From Octopus vulgaris (lineage: Eukaryota), in the NCBI GenBank assembly GCA_951406725.2, contig OX597823.1, positions 107,446,001 through 107,510,000 of the forward strand: a stretch of DNA of 64,000 nt, written 5' to 3'. The position numbers and the translations under genes were made by a program. Numbering within the stretch: the stretch's first letter is position 1; each line of letters opens with the position of its first letter. The notes below the pieces were generated by a model, which was given only the letters and a program-made list of their open reading frames with translations, was not told where the DNA came from and made no database searches. Shown here piece by piece: positions 1-12,051 of this stretch.

Positions 1-545
1 TTGGTATAAATGTGCATTGTTGACTACCATTAAGTATCGGAATTGCATAATTTCTATACTGTGTAAAGATTACTCTTTAGATGCTCTGTTTCTATGTTCA
101 AAGTACAGAGAGATTTATATTCATATTTTAATAATACACTAGAAGTGTTGCATAGTTTAAGTAATTTTAGTTCCTATACTTTAGCTACATTTTTGCTTTA
201 TAATAGCATTGACAAAGTATTATAACTCATATTTAAATGAGAAGCAGAGCTGTTTACGCCAATGGCTGACTGCGTAATAGCTTCATTAAATATTTAGGTG
301 ACAAGTAGTGAATTGGAACACAAAATGTAAATATAATGTAATGTTTCATTTACAAATTGTATTTTGTATTTGGTACAACATTTATAGTATATAATCGTTC
401 TTGGTATTAAGATATATAAATGCTCACAATCGAATTATTAAAAATATTTAGAAATGTTTTATAACGTCCAATCAAATCACATAGTTATTGAAATACACAA
501 ACACACCCGCATGTAGAAGGGCGTGATAGGTGGATATATACCGTG

Positions 546-902
546 GCACTCCGTCGGTTACGACGATGAGGGTTCCAGTTGATCCGATCAACGGAACAGC
601 CTGCTCGTGAAATTAACGTGCAAGTGGCTGAGCACTCCACAGACACGTGTACCTTAACGTAGTTCTCGGGGAGATTCAGCGTGACACAGAGTGACAAGGC
701 TGGCCCCTTTGAAATACAGGTACAACAGAAACAGGAAGGAAGAATGAGAAAGTTGTGGTGAAAGAGTACAGCAGGGTTCGCCACCATCCCCTGCCAGAGT
801 CTCGTGGACTTTTAGGTGGTTCCGCTCAATAAACACTCACAACGCCCGGTCTGGGAATCGAAACCGCGACTCCGCTGCCCTAATCATGGGCCTGCGCCTC
901 CA
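546..902 (-). mobile_element. tRNA-derived SINE (family 1), head internally deleted
   Basis: Closely similar to 40223-40607. The minus-strand 5' end (ggaggcgca...ggtttcgattcccagacc) has a B-box-like GTTTCGATTCC. Confidence 0.85.
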
Positions 903-966
903 ATGATGGATAGATGTAGATATACATATATGCGTGTATGCATCTATATATATATATATGTGTGTG

Positions 967-1012
<46 letters not shown>

Positions 1013-1860
1013 GGCAGCTTTTACCACACTTTTGTTAATTGTCTTTGGTACTAATGTCGAGTATACATAGACATCTTTTCAGATCATTCCATTCTAGACT
1101 TATCGGAATATCGAAGAAATGGAGGAGAGGGCCGCACCAATAGTCGTCTGGTATCTATTTTCAGCTGAGTAGATTAGATGAAATTATATGCTTCGCTCAA
1201 GACACGACGCGCTGCCCGTCCCGTTGTCCAACGTATTATCGTGAGCGAAACATCATTATATGTTTATATATACGTCTGTATGTATGAACAGAAGAGTAGT
1301 ATTCCCAACAATGCATGTAGTGTGTGTTGAATTGTTATATGCTTTTAGGTGCCTCTATCCAATGATTTTTATGGTTGGCGATGAGGGGATTACACGGTCT
1401 TCAATTGAAGTTTTTTTCTCAAGATATTTTCTATGTCTGTACATACACAGACTATCCGCTTTTTTCTACTTTATGTATTGAAGCATTATATCGCAGGTTT
1501 TAATCCATTTCTGATGATGCAGTTTCAGCAATATTACAGCTTATAGAAATGCTAATTCCATTATTCTTCAGATTCCATGCATATTGATATAAGAAGTGGA
1601 AGTTAATGCTATTTCTAGGTGTAAGTGCTCTATTGTCCAATTTAGCTCTGCTGTGTATAACCACAAAGGATCATTTTATGTGGACATAAGTAGTAGTACT
1701 GCAACACTGTTGAGTGAAGGGATATCTCATGGTCTTCTATACGCATGCATGCATAAATATACGCACAAATACTTCTATATACCCATATGTATGTATGTTA
1801 TTTATGTGTGTGTGTGCGCGCGCGTGCGCGTATAAATAAATATATATATATATATATATA

Positions 1861-3833
1861 GGGGCGCCGCCCATCCAACTGGACGCCGCCCCCGGGCCAA
1901 TTCAGTAGCCTAGACTCGTTTGTGAACGACTGCAACGCGTTGGTAAACTGGTTTAACTTTAAAAAAAGACCTCTCCGAGACAACCTCACACAGGCTGAAT
2001 TGGTGGCCCTTCGCCACCTCCGTCGCCGCAATGACATTGTCATCAAACCGGCGGACAAAGGCGGAGCAGTGGTGGTGTGGCGCGCGGATCTCTACAGGGA
2101 GGAAGCGCTCAGTCAGCTTCAAAATCCCCTCTTCTATCGCCTCCTCCCCTCTGATCCCACCTCTTCCTACCAACAGCGAGTGTCTTCCACTATCCGCGAA
2201 CTCATCTCCTCTTCTGCTCTCCCCCCTCCGCCGCCATCAACCTCATCGTCCGCACACTCCGCACCTCTACCATCTATTTCCTTCCGAAAATTCATAAGCC
2301 CAATACCCCTGGCCGCCCCATCGTTTCCGCCTGTAATTGCCCAACTGAACACATTTCCCTATACCTCGACCGCATCCTGTCCCCCTTAGTCAAAGCCCTC
2401 CCTTCCCACATACATGATACCAACCACGCCCTCCGTCTCTTCAATTCCTTTTCCTTCCCTTCCAGCCCCTCACACCTCCTCTTCACCCTTGACATCAAAT
2501 CCCTGTATACGGTAATTCCCCACAACGACGGTCTCCTAGCTCTCCAACACTTCCTCGACCGTCGTCCCGACCCCACCCCTAGCACCCCCACCCTCCTCCG
2601 CCTGGCAGAGCTCGTCCTAACCCTCAACTGTTTCACGTTCGCCGGGGAAACGTACCAACAGTTGTCCGGGGTCGAGAATGGGCCCCAATTTCGCCAATCT
2701 CTTTGTTGGCTACATTGAGGCCCAAGTATTCTCCCAATTCTCCGGGCCGACCCCAGAACTATACGGTCGTTACATAGACGACTGTATAGGCGCCACCTCC
2801 CTTTCCCGCGAACAACTCTGCCACTTCATCTCTTTCCTCTCTAACTTCCACCCCTCTCTACAATTCACTTCCACCATATCCAATACTTCCGTTAACTTCC
2901 TTGATATCTCACTCAGCATCGACCACCCCTCCCACTCTCTCACCACCTCCGCCTTCTTCAAACCCACGGATTCCCACCTCTATCTCAACTTCTCCTACTC
3001 CCATCCCTTCCACACCAAACGGGCCATCCCCTACTCCCAGTTCCTCCGCCTCCAATGCTTGTGCAGCCGCGACCAGGATTTCGAGACCCAGTCTCAATAC
3101 CTGGCCCGCCTGTTCAGGCTTCGAGGATACCCACCTACCCTGGTCTTGAACGCCCTCGCCCGCGCTCGTCGCATCGACCGCACCACCGCCCTTTCTCCTT
3201 CCAATCACCCACCCACCCAACCGCACCCCCTTTCCCCTCTTCCACCCCTCTACTCTACCCCTTCGTCGGAAGATACTTCGTGCCTTCCGTCGTCTCCAGC
3301 TCGATTCCACGACCCACCCCATTTTCCCCAACCCACCCCTGTCCTCCTTCAAACGAGCCCGGAATCTACGCGACCTCCTGGTCCGTAGCACCCTCCCTTC
3401 TTCCCCCTCGGCCCCACTCGGATCCTTCCCATGCTCCAGATCCCGCTGCAACACCTGCCCCTTCATCACCAACACCACTGCTGTCACCGGTTCCAACCGG
3501 CGAACTGTACGTATCAGGCACTCTTTTACGTGCACCTCGTCTGGACTCATATACTGCATTAAATGCAACCGCTGCAGAATGCTGTATATAGGACAGACGG
3601 GACGCCAGTTGTCAGACCGATTCGCCGAACATCTGAGGGATGTTCGTCTACTTTCCAATTCTCCCGTCGCACGTCACTTCCGCTCGGCCAGCCATTCCCC
3701 CGATGACATCTCGGTGTTTGGTCTTGCCCCACACAACGGCACTCCACAATCTAGGCTTCACTTGGAGCAACGGCTCGTATTCCTTCTACAGACGCTAACC
3801 CCACACGGACTCAACACAGCCCCCTCCTCTTAG
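1861..3833 (+). mobile_element. Penelope-like retroelement (Neptune-like), RT + Zn-knuckle + GIY-YIG endonuclease, frameshifted, 5'-truncated
   Basis: Motifs in successive frames: IVIKPADKGGAVVVW, KIHKPNTPGRPIVS, LDIKSLYT, MGPNFANLFVG, YGRYIDD, FKPTDSHLYL, CSRSRCNTCP, IYCIKC..CRMLYIGQTGR..RFAEH, VARHF, LQTLTPHGLN. Starts directly after a (TA)n tract. Confidence 0.93.
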
Positions 3834-4159
3834 TGACTGCGCTCCACTTCTCCCCACTAGCATTTTTTTATTTATTATTTATTAATTATTATTTATTTTT
3901 TATTTTATATTTTTTAATTTTTATAATTGTCCTTATGCAGTCACACACACACATACGTACCCTCGAACACACCTACTCCCAACACACCACACACACACAC
4001 AACGTACATGCACATGTACGCACACCTACTTCCACACCTATACACACACCTACACACCCCCACGCGCACACACACACACATGCCCGTGCACATGTGAATA
4101 ACACCGACGCGAGTGTATCCTCTTCAAATAGTACCTTGACTTGATGTTAGTTCACTTTT

Positions 4160-5812
4160 TTTTATTTTGGCATACTGTTTTGTAAGAACCAAACAATATT
4201 CTCTGAATCCAAACAATATTCTCTGGATCCATGAGCATGGCACACTACTATATTTCTTTGGTAGTCAATCCATGCAGTTGCTAAGTTTCTTTTTGTACTT
4301 GTAATTTCTTGAAGGACTTGTTGATCTACAAATAATAAGCTGTTTTCTGAGAACACCTCTCTTCTCAAGATTATTATACGCGTCCTATGCAAAACGCCTG
4401 TCAATAACTTACAATTCAAAGAAAGACAAATCATTGATTGGTAGTTACATGCTATATTTCTTTTCTTCTGTTCTTTCTCTATCAACACCCTTCTGCTTTC
4501 CGTCATCTATTAAGGAGTGTACTGATTCTATTATGAAGCAAGAAATTTCGAGTTTGGTATCCCTTTCAAAATATTTTCTACTTTTCTCCTATATCAATGT
4601 TTCTTTATTTCGTCAAACTTGCGTTAGATGCCTTTGTTTTAAACCATTCTGCATCGCCATTGTGTTTCCCTTCTTGGCTCCAAATGTCTCGCCAGATGTC
4701 TTTTTTTCTACCTTATTAGGTGGTACTTTCTCCGTTACATCTCTATGTCGTTCCTTCTATAATTTACTTTGATCTGTTTCGAACAATTTATTTGTCTAAA
4801 TTGTTCGCCTTTATCTTTTGTTTTAGATCTTCCATTACTCTTCTATACCCTTTTTGCTTAAGCCAGTACCTTCTTTGGATTGCTTCATGGCGTCTATTTT
4901 ACCCCATCGCAAGGTCATTTCGTAACTGGTATACCTGTCACTGCTATCACCTTTTCCACCACGGTTCTCTTTCTGTCTTTTGGGGTTTTCATATCTTCAC
5001 TCAGGTCTTTCCACTATTATCAGTGCTGCAGCTTACATTAAGTCATTGGTTATGATGATATCATTGCTACCGATATTTCCAAGATTTAAATTATTTTGCT
5101 CCTTTTTATCTTTTTTAATTGATAGTATCTTTCTCATTCTTCTGGCTGATTAATATCATGCAGTCTACCAGCAATGACTATCTCTTCATCGGAAAAGTGA
5201 TGTTTTGGTTTTTCGTGTACAATTAGCGGCTTCCCGAAATGTGGTATCTGAGTTTCTTTATCTCTGCTCTCAGCCCACGATGCTATTATCCGTTTAGTAG
5301 ATCGCGCAATTTGATTTTTTTTTTTTTCATTTTTCCATTTGTTAACCACCCTTTCTTTTTAATCTCTCTTACTTGAGCACTTAATCTCTGCTGGGTTTCA
5401 TCAAATGTTCCCTTTTCCAACTATATATCTTCTAGGTTCACTTCAGATGTAACATTCCGTCACAGTTGCATTCAGTCTACTTCAATTGATCTCTTTCCCT
5501 TTCTTTTCTACTGTAGTAGCTAATTGAGAACTGGACCTACTCTGTTGTGCAGTAAGATATCTGCCGAGTGAGAGACCACTGTTATCTATTCGAACCTTAA
5601 TTACGCCGTTGTTCAATAGATTAGTAAGTGTTATGGTGATGAAGTGACACAATCATTGAGTGATGATTCTTATTGAGACACCATCTCTAAAGGGGTTGCC
5701 GACCAAGACTAACGAGGCTCCACCCTCCCCTATGAGAGAGACTTAACACTGCTGGACGCCAACTTCATGTTCTCGGGATGGGATTACAGGTACTACACCT
5801 TATCTAAGGGTG
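4160..5812 (-). mobile_element. Degenerate R4/Dong-like non-LTR retrotransposon, 5' portion
   Basis: ORF 4162-4506 has LLFVDQQVLQE...KRNLATAWIDYQ, the R4-type RT 'WIDYxKAFD' region. The apparent 5' end abuts a (CTA)n tract. Confidence 0.6.
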
Positions 5813-5813
5813 A

Positions 5814-5867
<54 letters not shown>

Positions 5868-5886
5868 GCTGCTGCTACTGCTGCTG
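5814..5886. repeat. (CTA)n/(CTG)n microsatellite
   Basis: Directly visible. Confidence 0.97.
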
Positions 5887-6264
5887 TCAATTGGAGATCA
5901 TAACGATTTCGGCACCTGAGAGTATTGCGCCTCATGGCTGTGCAAATCAGCATTGACGCTGCATCCTTCCACGCAGCTCTAGTCGCTAATGGTTTTGCTT
6001 TGATATCAGCTCTGATATTTTTCTAAGATAACTTTACTATATCCGTGAGAAAGAATTTTCTACTCCTCTTTCCAGCTCAAGGATCACTGCTTAGCTGTCC
6101 TCCTTAGTCTGATTCCAGCCAGATAGGACAAAGTGCATGTAACCACAAACCCAGCTGCTCGGGCAGTACCATACACTACTAACATTGTCATATAGGATTC
6201 TAAAATCCTCTTATAACTTTGTTGTTTTTTTTCTTATGCCAAATCGTATTACCTCCCTGTGATA

Positions 6265-6410
6265 CCTATTTCTTTATTACCCACAAGGGGCTAAACACAG
6301 AGGGGACAAACAAGGACAGACATAGGTATTAAGTCAATTATATCGACCCCAGTGCGTAACTGGTACTTAATTTATCGACCCCGAAAGTATGAAAGGCAAA
6401 GTCGACCTCG
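6265..6410 (-). mobile_element. SINE family 2 fragment (central domain tttgcctttcatnctttcggggtcgataaa...gtaccag)
   Basis: Same domain recurs at 8411-8607, 8915-9088 and 30915-31050. Confidence 0.75.
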
Positions 6411-7667
6411 TCATCTCAATAATCACCACTTTGTTCTAAATTCTGACTAGGTGTGTGTGTTTTTGGGTATGTATGTCCATGTCTATGTATGTATATCGAC
6501 ACACGTACGTACATACATACATACATATATATACATATGTTTATATCTGCGCGCGCGCGTGTACATGGTTATGTGTAAGTACGCTTACTCGTTAAGAAAA
6601 AACATGATGGCTGTTTCGATTCCCGTAACTGGTTTTGTTATTTCAAATAAATTAATGTGCATGTCCGTGTGTTCATGTGTTTGAGTGAGTGTACTTGTAG
6701 TGTGTGTTTAAGTGCGTTTTCATATGACTGTGCATATGCATAAGTAACCGGGCATATTTTAAGTGAAATAGTTAAGAGAAACAAATTGAGAAGAGTGCAA
6801 AATGTGAAAACAGTAGAGGAAAAAAAGAATAATATATGAATAAGCGAAAAGGAAGCAAAGAAGATATGTAAAGTTCAAAATATATCAGAGAATAGATGAC
6901 GGAGAAGTAGTCAAACTGAGAAGACAGGAATAAGAAAGAAAAGAATGATAATATCTGCAAGCTTTCAAATGTCTGGGAGACAGTCAGTTCGGAAAAAACA
7001 GAATGAGAAAAAGGAAAAACGAAACTGATAGGCAGAGATAAGAAAATGATTATGGTGAAGATGAGAGTATCGAGCTGAAGGAGTAAAATGTTCATTGAGA
7101 GAATGTGTCTGCGCATGTGAGTGTGCTTGTAGACACACATAAAGAAATTGAGTGTCTGAAGGTTTGGATCCATGGAAAACTTAGAGGTAATTTTCTATTG
7201 CATAATAACAATAGATTGTAAAGCAGCAGCAGTCAGCAACAACAGTAATAACTGCAGCAACAACATCAGCAACAATACAGAGAACAATAGCTACAATAGT
7301 GATATTCTCTCACTCAATTTCTCGGTTCCCAATCTTTTGTAATGATTAACAATGACAAAAATATGCATTTAGAAATTAACATCGATATGTATATATGTAT
7401 ATATGATTACACACACATACACACACACATATATATATATTTGCATATACATATGTATTATATATGTATGTATGAATATATGTATGTATGTATATTTAGC
7501 TGAGTATGTGTGTGTTTGTACATAGCTGTACATGCTTATACATGCATGCAAACACTTACATGCACATAAACACACAAGGATATGTGTGTATGTACAAACA
7601 CACACACACACAACAACAACAACAACAGCAACAACAACAACACACACAAACACACACACACACACAT

Positions 7668-7709
<42 letters not shown>

Positions 7710-8410
7710 CCGTATAGACATATAAAGCAGTGGTTCTTGATTAAGCTTTTCTTATTAAGATATGCGATTATAAAATATTAAGTAAATCAATACTGAATAC
7801 ATTTTTCCGTTGAGTATATTATTGCATATGTGATCTTTTTCAGCTGTGTAGAAAGTCATGGATTCACAATGATCTAAATAGTAGACATGGGTATGATTTC
7901 GTTTCTTTGTCTCAGATACACATCTATGTCTAATATATAAATTTTTACCAACTTCAATGTGTATTGTTACTTGCAAAATACTTCTTTAACGATAATATAT
8001 ATATTGAAATGTGATTCATTTTGATCTCGCTTAGCGGGAACTTGTCTATCTCTATATTCTTCATTTAGAGCTTATTCCTTTATTTGAGTTTGGCAGCAGC
8101 TTTTCGTTTGAAACATAAACAATGTGAATCGATATATAAAGAAAAGTAAAGGAGTTGAAAATGTAAGAAAGTAATGTGAAAAGAATTTAGTGGTATCAAA
8201 ATATATATAATCCAACTTATCCATCTGATACCGTACAAAACTGTAATAAAGTTACTAACATAAATTAAGCTATTATAAAACTGTTAAGTATAAATACAGC
8301 TAAAATAATAAAAAGTTTGATCTCGTTGAAACAAAAATCAAATGTGTATGTGAGTAAAAGAATACTAGCAAATCGGTTCATAAATTGTTACCTTACCTGT
8401 ATTTCATTTA

Positions 8411-8607
8411 TAATGGCTTCTAATTTTGGCACAAGGCCAGCAATTTTTAAGAGGGGGGATTTAGTCAAGGACCTCAACCCAGTGCTCAGCAGGAACTTAT
8501 TTTATCATTCCTGAAAGAATGAAAGGCTAATTCGACCTCGGTGAATTGGAACTTACAACGTAAAAGTATTTGCCCGACGCCCTAACAATTCTGCCAGCTC
8601 GCCGCCT
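8411..8607 (-). mobile_element. tRNA-derived SINE family 2
   Basis: Minus strand starts aggcggcgagctggcagaattgttag (A-box-like), followed by the shared central domain. Confidence 0.75.
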
Positions 8608-8914
8608 TATATGTTTCATTGACAGTAATATCGTCATAGGGAAAGGATTGTAAACAGATTTTATTATCAAATTACCAGAGATTGCTTAATAATCGTAAAT
8701 GATCTTTAAAAACTATAATGACATCAGAAAGTGTTATGGTGTCTTCAAAAATAACTAGTGTTATGGTATCAAGAAGCACAACTAACGTTTTTTAATACCA
8801 AACCATTGTATGATGCGCTATTCAATTTCTAAAGATTTGATAATGAAATGCGTTTATAAGCTTTTCCTTATATAAAGGATATTATTGTAAATGAAATACC
8901 ACAAAGTCGAAGAT

Positions 8915-9088
8915 CTTAGCGGCATTTCGTCTGTACTTACGTTCTGAGTTCAAATTCCGCCGACGTCGACTTTGCCTTCATCATTTCGGGGTCGATAAAA
9001 TAAGTACCAGTTGACACCTGGGATTGATGTAATCGACTTACCCCTCCCTCGAAATTACTGACCATGTGCCAAAATTGAAACCATTATT
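8915..9088 (+). mobile_element. SINE family 2, 5'-truncated
   Basis: gagttcaaattcc (B-box), then gtcgactttgccttcatcatttcggggtcgataaaataagtaccag. Confidence 0.78.
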
Positions 9089-9372
9089 AATGAAATACCT
9101 GTATGATGATATAATTCAATAATTCATGAACCAATTTCCAATTTTGTTTCTTCTATATATAGACTCTGTGACTTTTCTTACTAAGGAGAACAGTGAAAGA
9201 AATTTGGGCTTGTAAAACACGAGTTCTCGTAATAATCCTCATCGATATATAAAGATGAAAGAGATCTAATAGTTGCTATGTATTTAAATTTATTTATTTA
9301 AATTTAAATCGTACTATGCAACTGTGTGTGTATGTATGTATACATGTATTATGTATTATGTATATATGTATA

Positions 9373-9438
<66 letters not shown>

Positions 9439-9479
9439 TTCGCTTTGGGATTTGGTTTTCAAGATTCTTTATGTACCAA

Positions 9480-9835
9480 GGACCTATAATCCTTTTAGGG
9501 ATGCTAGTATCCTAGTTCTCCGATTTATACCAGAGTTCAGTGAAACCAAATATATTAGTTTTGCATTGATATATAGGTACTTGAGATGTTTATGAATAAG
9601 AAAAAGAAGAAACTGAAGAATTGACATGAAGACATCACTTTATTTAAAGATATTCAAATCCATATAATGAAATTCCAGCCCTGCAGTTGTTTCCATATCC
9701 GATTAGACCCATTACAGAAATTAATCTAAATCTTCATGCCGAAACTGGTTAATTGGGTATTTTATCAGGGAAGAATTTACCAAAAGAGAGTTACATTTCA
9801 ACGTGTTGGCTAACCTGCGACGGATTCAGATGTGT
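9480..9835 (-). mobile_element. Hammerhead-bearing pLTR-like repeat family A, copy 1 (degenerate core)
   Basis: Reverse complement of 10395-10645. Core reads ctgataa...gaaacaactgca (mutated). Confidence 0.7.
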
Positions 9836-9879
9836 GCATGTTAGAATGTGTGCGTTGTTTTAAAGAACCGTTATATCTT

Positions 9880-10222
9880 TCTCTTTCTTTTCTCTTTTAC
9901 TTGTTTCAGTCATATGACTGCGGCCATGCTGGAGCACCGCCTTTAGTCGAGCAAATCGACCCCGGGACTTATTCTTTGTAAGCCTAGTACTTATTCTATC
10001 GGTCTCTTTCTGCCGAACCGCTAAGTGACGGGGACGTAAACACACCAGCATCGGTTGTCAAACACAAATAGGGGGACAAACACAAACACACAAACACACA
10101 CTCATACATATATATATATATACATATATACGACAGGCTTCTTTCAGTTTCCGTCTACCAAATCCACTCACAAGACATTGGTCGGCCCGGGGCTATAGCA
10201 GAAGACATTTTCCCAAGATGCC
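9880..10222 (-). mobile_element. SINE with internal (TG)/(TA) microsatellite and ggcggtgctccagcatggccgcagtc tail
   Basis: Same tail at 14755-14850, 35715-35886 and, in variant form, after the 5S copy at about 56628. Confidence 0.75.
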
Positions 10223-10316
10223 AACATCTATTTCTCCCTAACTATCACACCACCACCAATAAAAATCACCATGTATCACATATGCACGTGCACAAATATA
10301 TCAAACGTATTTGTTC

Positions 10317-10370
<54 letters not shown>

Positions 10371-10456
10371 ATAACAGTTCTTTAAAACAATGCGCACGTC
10401 TGAGTCTGTCGTTGGTCAACCAACACGTTGAATTGCAACTCAATTTTCGTAAATTC

Positions 10457-10561
10457 TTCCCTGATGAAATATCCAATTAACCAGTTTCAGTATGAAAATG
10501 TAAATCAAATTAATTTAATTTCTGTAATTGAACTAATTGGATATGGAAACAGCTGTAGGAC
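10457..10561 (+). ncRNA. Type I hammerhead ribozyme (family A, long stem II)
   Basis: tcc-CTGATGA-a-atatccaatta...taattggatat-g-GAAA-cagctg-TA-gga. Palindromic stem III (ACAGCTGT), GUA cleavage triplet. Confidence 0.8.
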
Positions 10562-10645
10562 TGGTATTTCATTATATGGATTTGAATATCTTTAAATAAA
10601 ATGATGTCAGCACATCAATTTCTTCATTTTCTTCTTTTTCTCATA

Positions 10646-10727
<82 letters not shown>

Positions 10728-10867
10728 CATACATACATGCATACATGCATACATACATACATATATACATACATACATACTTACACACACACACACACGA
10801 CCGCGTGTGTACCGTTGGCGATTTTTTTCCTCCGTCCTCTCTTCTCTGGATCTTTCCTTTTCCTATA

Positions 10868-10900
10868 TTTCTGACGAAGAGCTCCGCTCGAAACGTAAAA
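10868..10900 (+). ncRNA. Minimal type I hammerhead ribozyme in a solo Penelope pLTR (10800-11003)
   Basis: ttt-CTGACGA-a-gagc-tcc-gctc-GAAA-cg-TA-aaa. The flank (ttcctgagcg...taatac...ttccac) resembles the 3' end of the Penelope element at 50821-50960 (minus). Confidence 0.8.
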
Positions 10901-11039
10901 CCCTCCTTCTTCCTTTCCTTCCTGAGCGTCCAGTAATACTATATTTGTTCCACGTCCTCGCGTTGTTGTGTTTTCTCTTTGTGTTTTCATGTTTGGATTA
11001 ACTTTATATATATACATATATATAATTATGCCAAGGACT

Positions 11040-11556
11040 TATAAACTTGTAAGGAATGTTTGCACCATAGTTCTCCGGTTTTTACCAGTGTTCAGGGAAA
11101 AACTAAATACGTTAGTTTTTCATTGATGGATATGGGTATCTAAATTACTTACGAATGAGAAAAATAAGAAAGTGGCGAAATTGACATGCATACATCAGTT
11201 TATTCAAAAATATTCAGATCAATATAATATGTAATTCTTATCCCTACAGTCGTTTCCATAGCCAATTAATTCAATTAGAGAAATTAAATTAAAGTAAATT
11301 AATTTAAAATGTTCATGCTGAAATTGGTTAATTCGGTATTTCAGCAGGGGAAGAGTTTTCCAGAAAGGAGTTACATTCTAACATGTTGGTCGACCCTTGA
11401 TAGGGTCAATATGAAAATTTTTCAAATTTAATCTAATTTAATATCCAATTGAATTAATTGGATACGGAAACGGCTGTAGAGATAAGAATTTCATATTATA
11501 TTGATTTGAATATCTTTGAATAAACTGTCAATTTCTCCATTTTCTTCTTTTTCTCA
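11040..11556. mobile_element. Family A inverted pLTR pair; hammerhead on minus strand 11241-11351 (CUGCUGA core), partial plus copy 11430-11556
   Basis: Minus strand: tcccc-TGCTGA...GAAAcgactgTAggga. Plus arm: ggatacggaaacggctgtagag... Confidence 0.7.
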
Positions 11557-11881
11557 TATATATATATATATATATAATTCTATTATATGTAATTTTCTAG
11601 ATGGTGAAATTTAATTCTTCATTCTGAATTGATCAAAGGTGTTTTTTTCTAATTTTTATATATATATATATTTTCTGTGAAATTTGATTTAATATTTCTA
11701 AAGTGAATATTTTCCCTGTAAGTTAGGATTAATATTCCTTCAAATAGTAAATATTATATATATATATATATATTACGGAGATTTACTTGCATAGCGAGTG
11801 ACTTGATCTGAGATCGTGTGCTGGAACGAAAACAATTGCAGTGTGGAAGGTGTTTATAAACCATTTAAGAAACTTCGAAGT

Positions 11882-11932
11882 TTTGTCAGTGAACAGGTCG
11901 CGGTCTCAAAGCGACGAAAATATTTTGACAAA
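11882..11932 (+). ncRNA. Minimal hammerhead ribozyme with G3:C8 core variant, inside foldback element 11775-12015
   Basis: tttgtca-GTGAACA-g-gtcgc-ggtctcaaa-gcgac-GAAA-atat-TT-tgacaaa. 7-bp stem I, 5-bp stem II, palindromic stem III (AATATT). Confidence 0.72.
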
Positions 11933-12012
11933 TTAAATTTAAATGTTGAAGTGAATCTAACGGTTTTTGTGTGTTTCTTAAATGGTTTATAAACACCTTC
12001 CACGCTGCAATT

Positions 12013-12051
<39 letters not shown>

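Noticed and set aside
5690-5812. Possible HDV-like ribozyme near the R4-like 5' end
   Set aside because: Partial pairings were found only on the strand opposite the element, and P3/L3 is incomplete.
7844-7889. Possible small exon (ttttcag...gtatga) reading LCRKSWIHNDLNSRHG; similar candidates near 12312, 22463 and 62838
   Set aside because: Splice-like signals are common by chance and there is no recognisable homology. RNA-seq would be needed.
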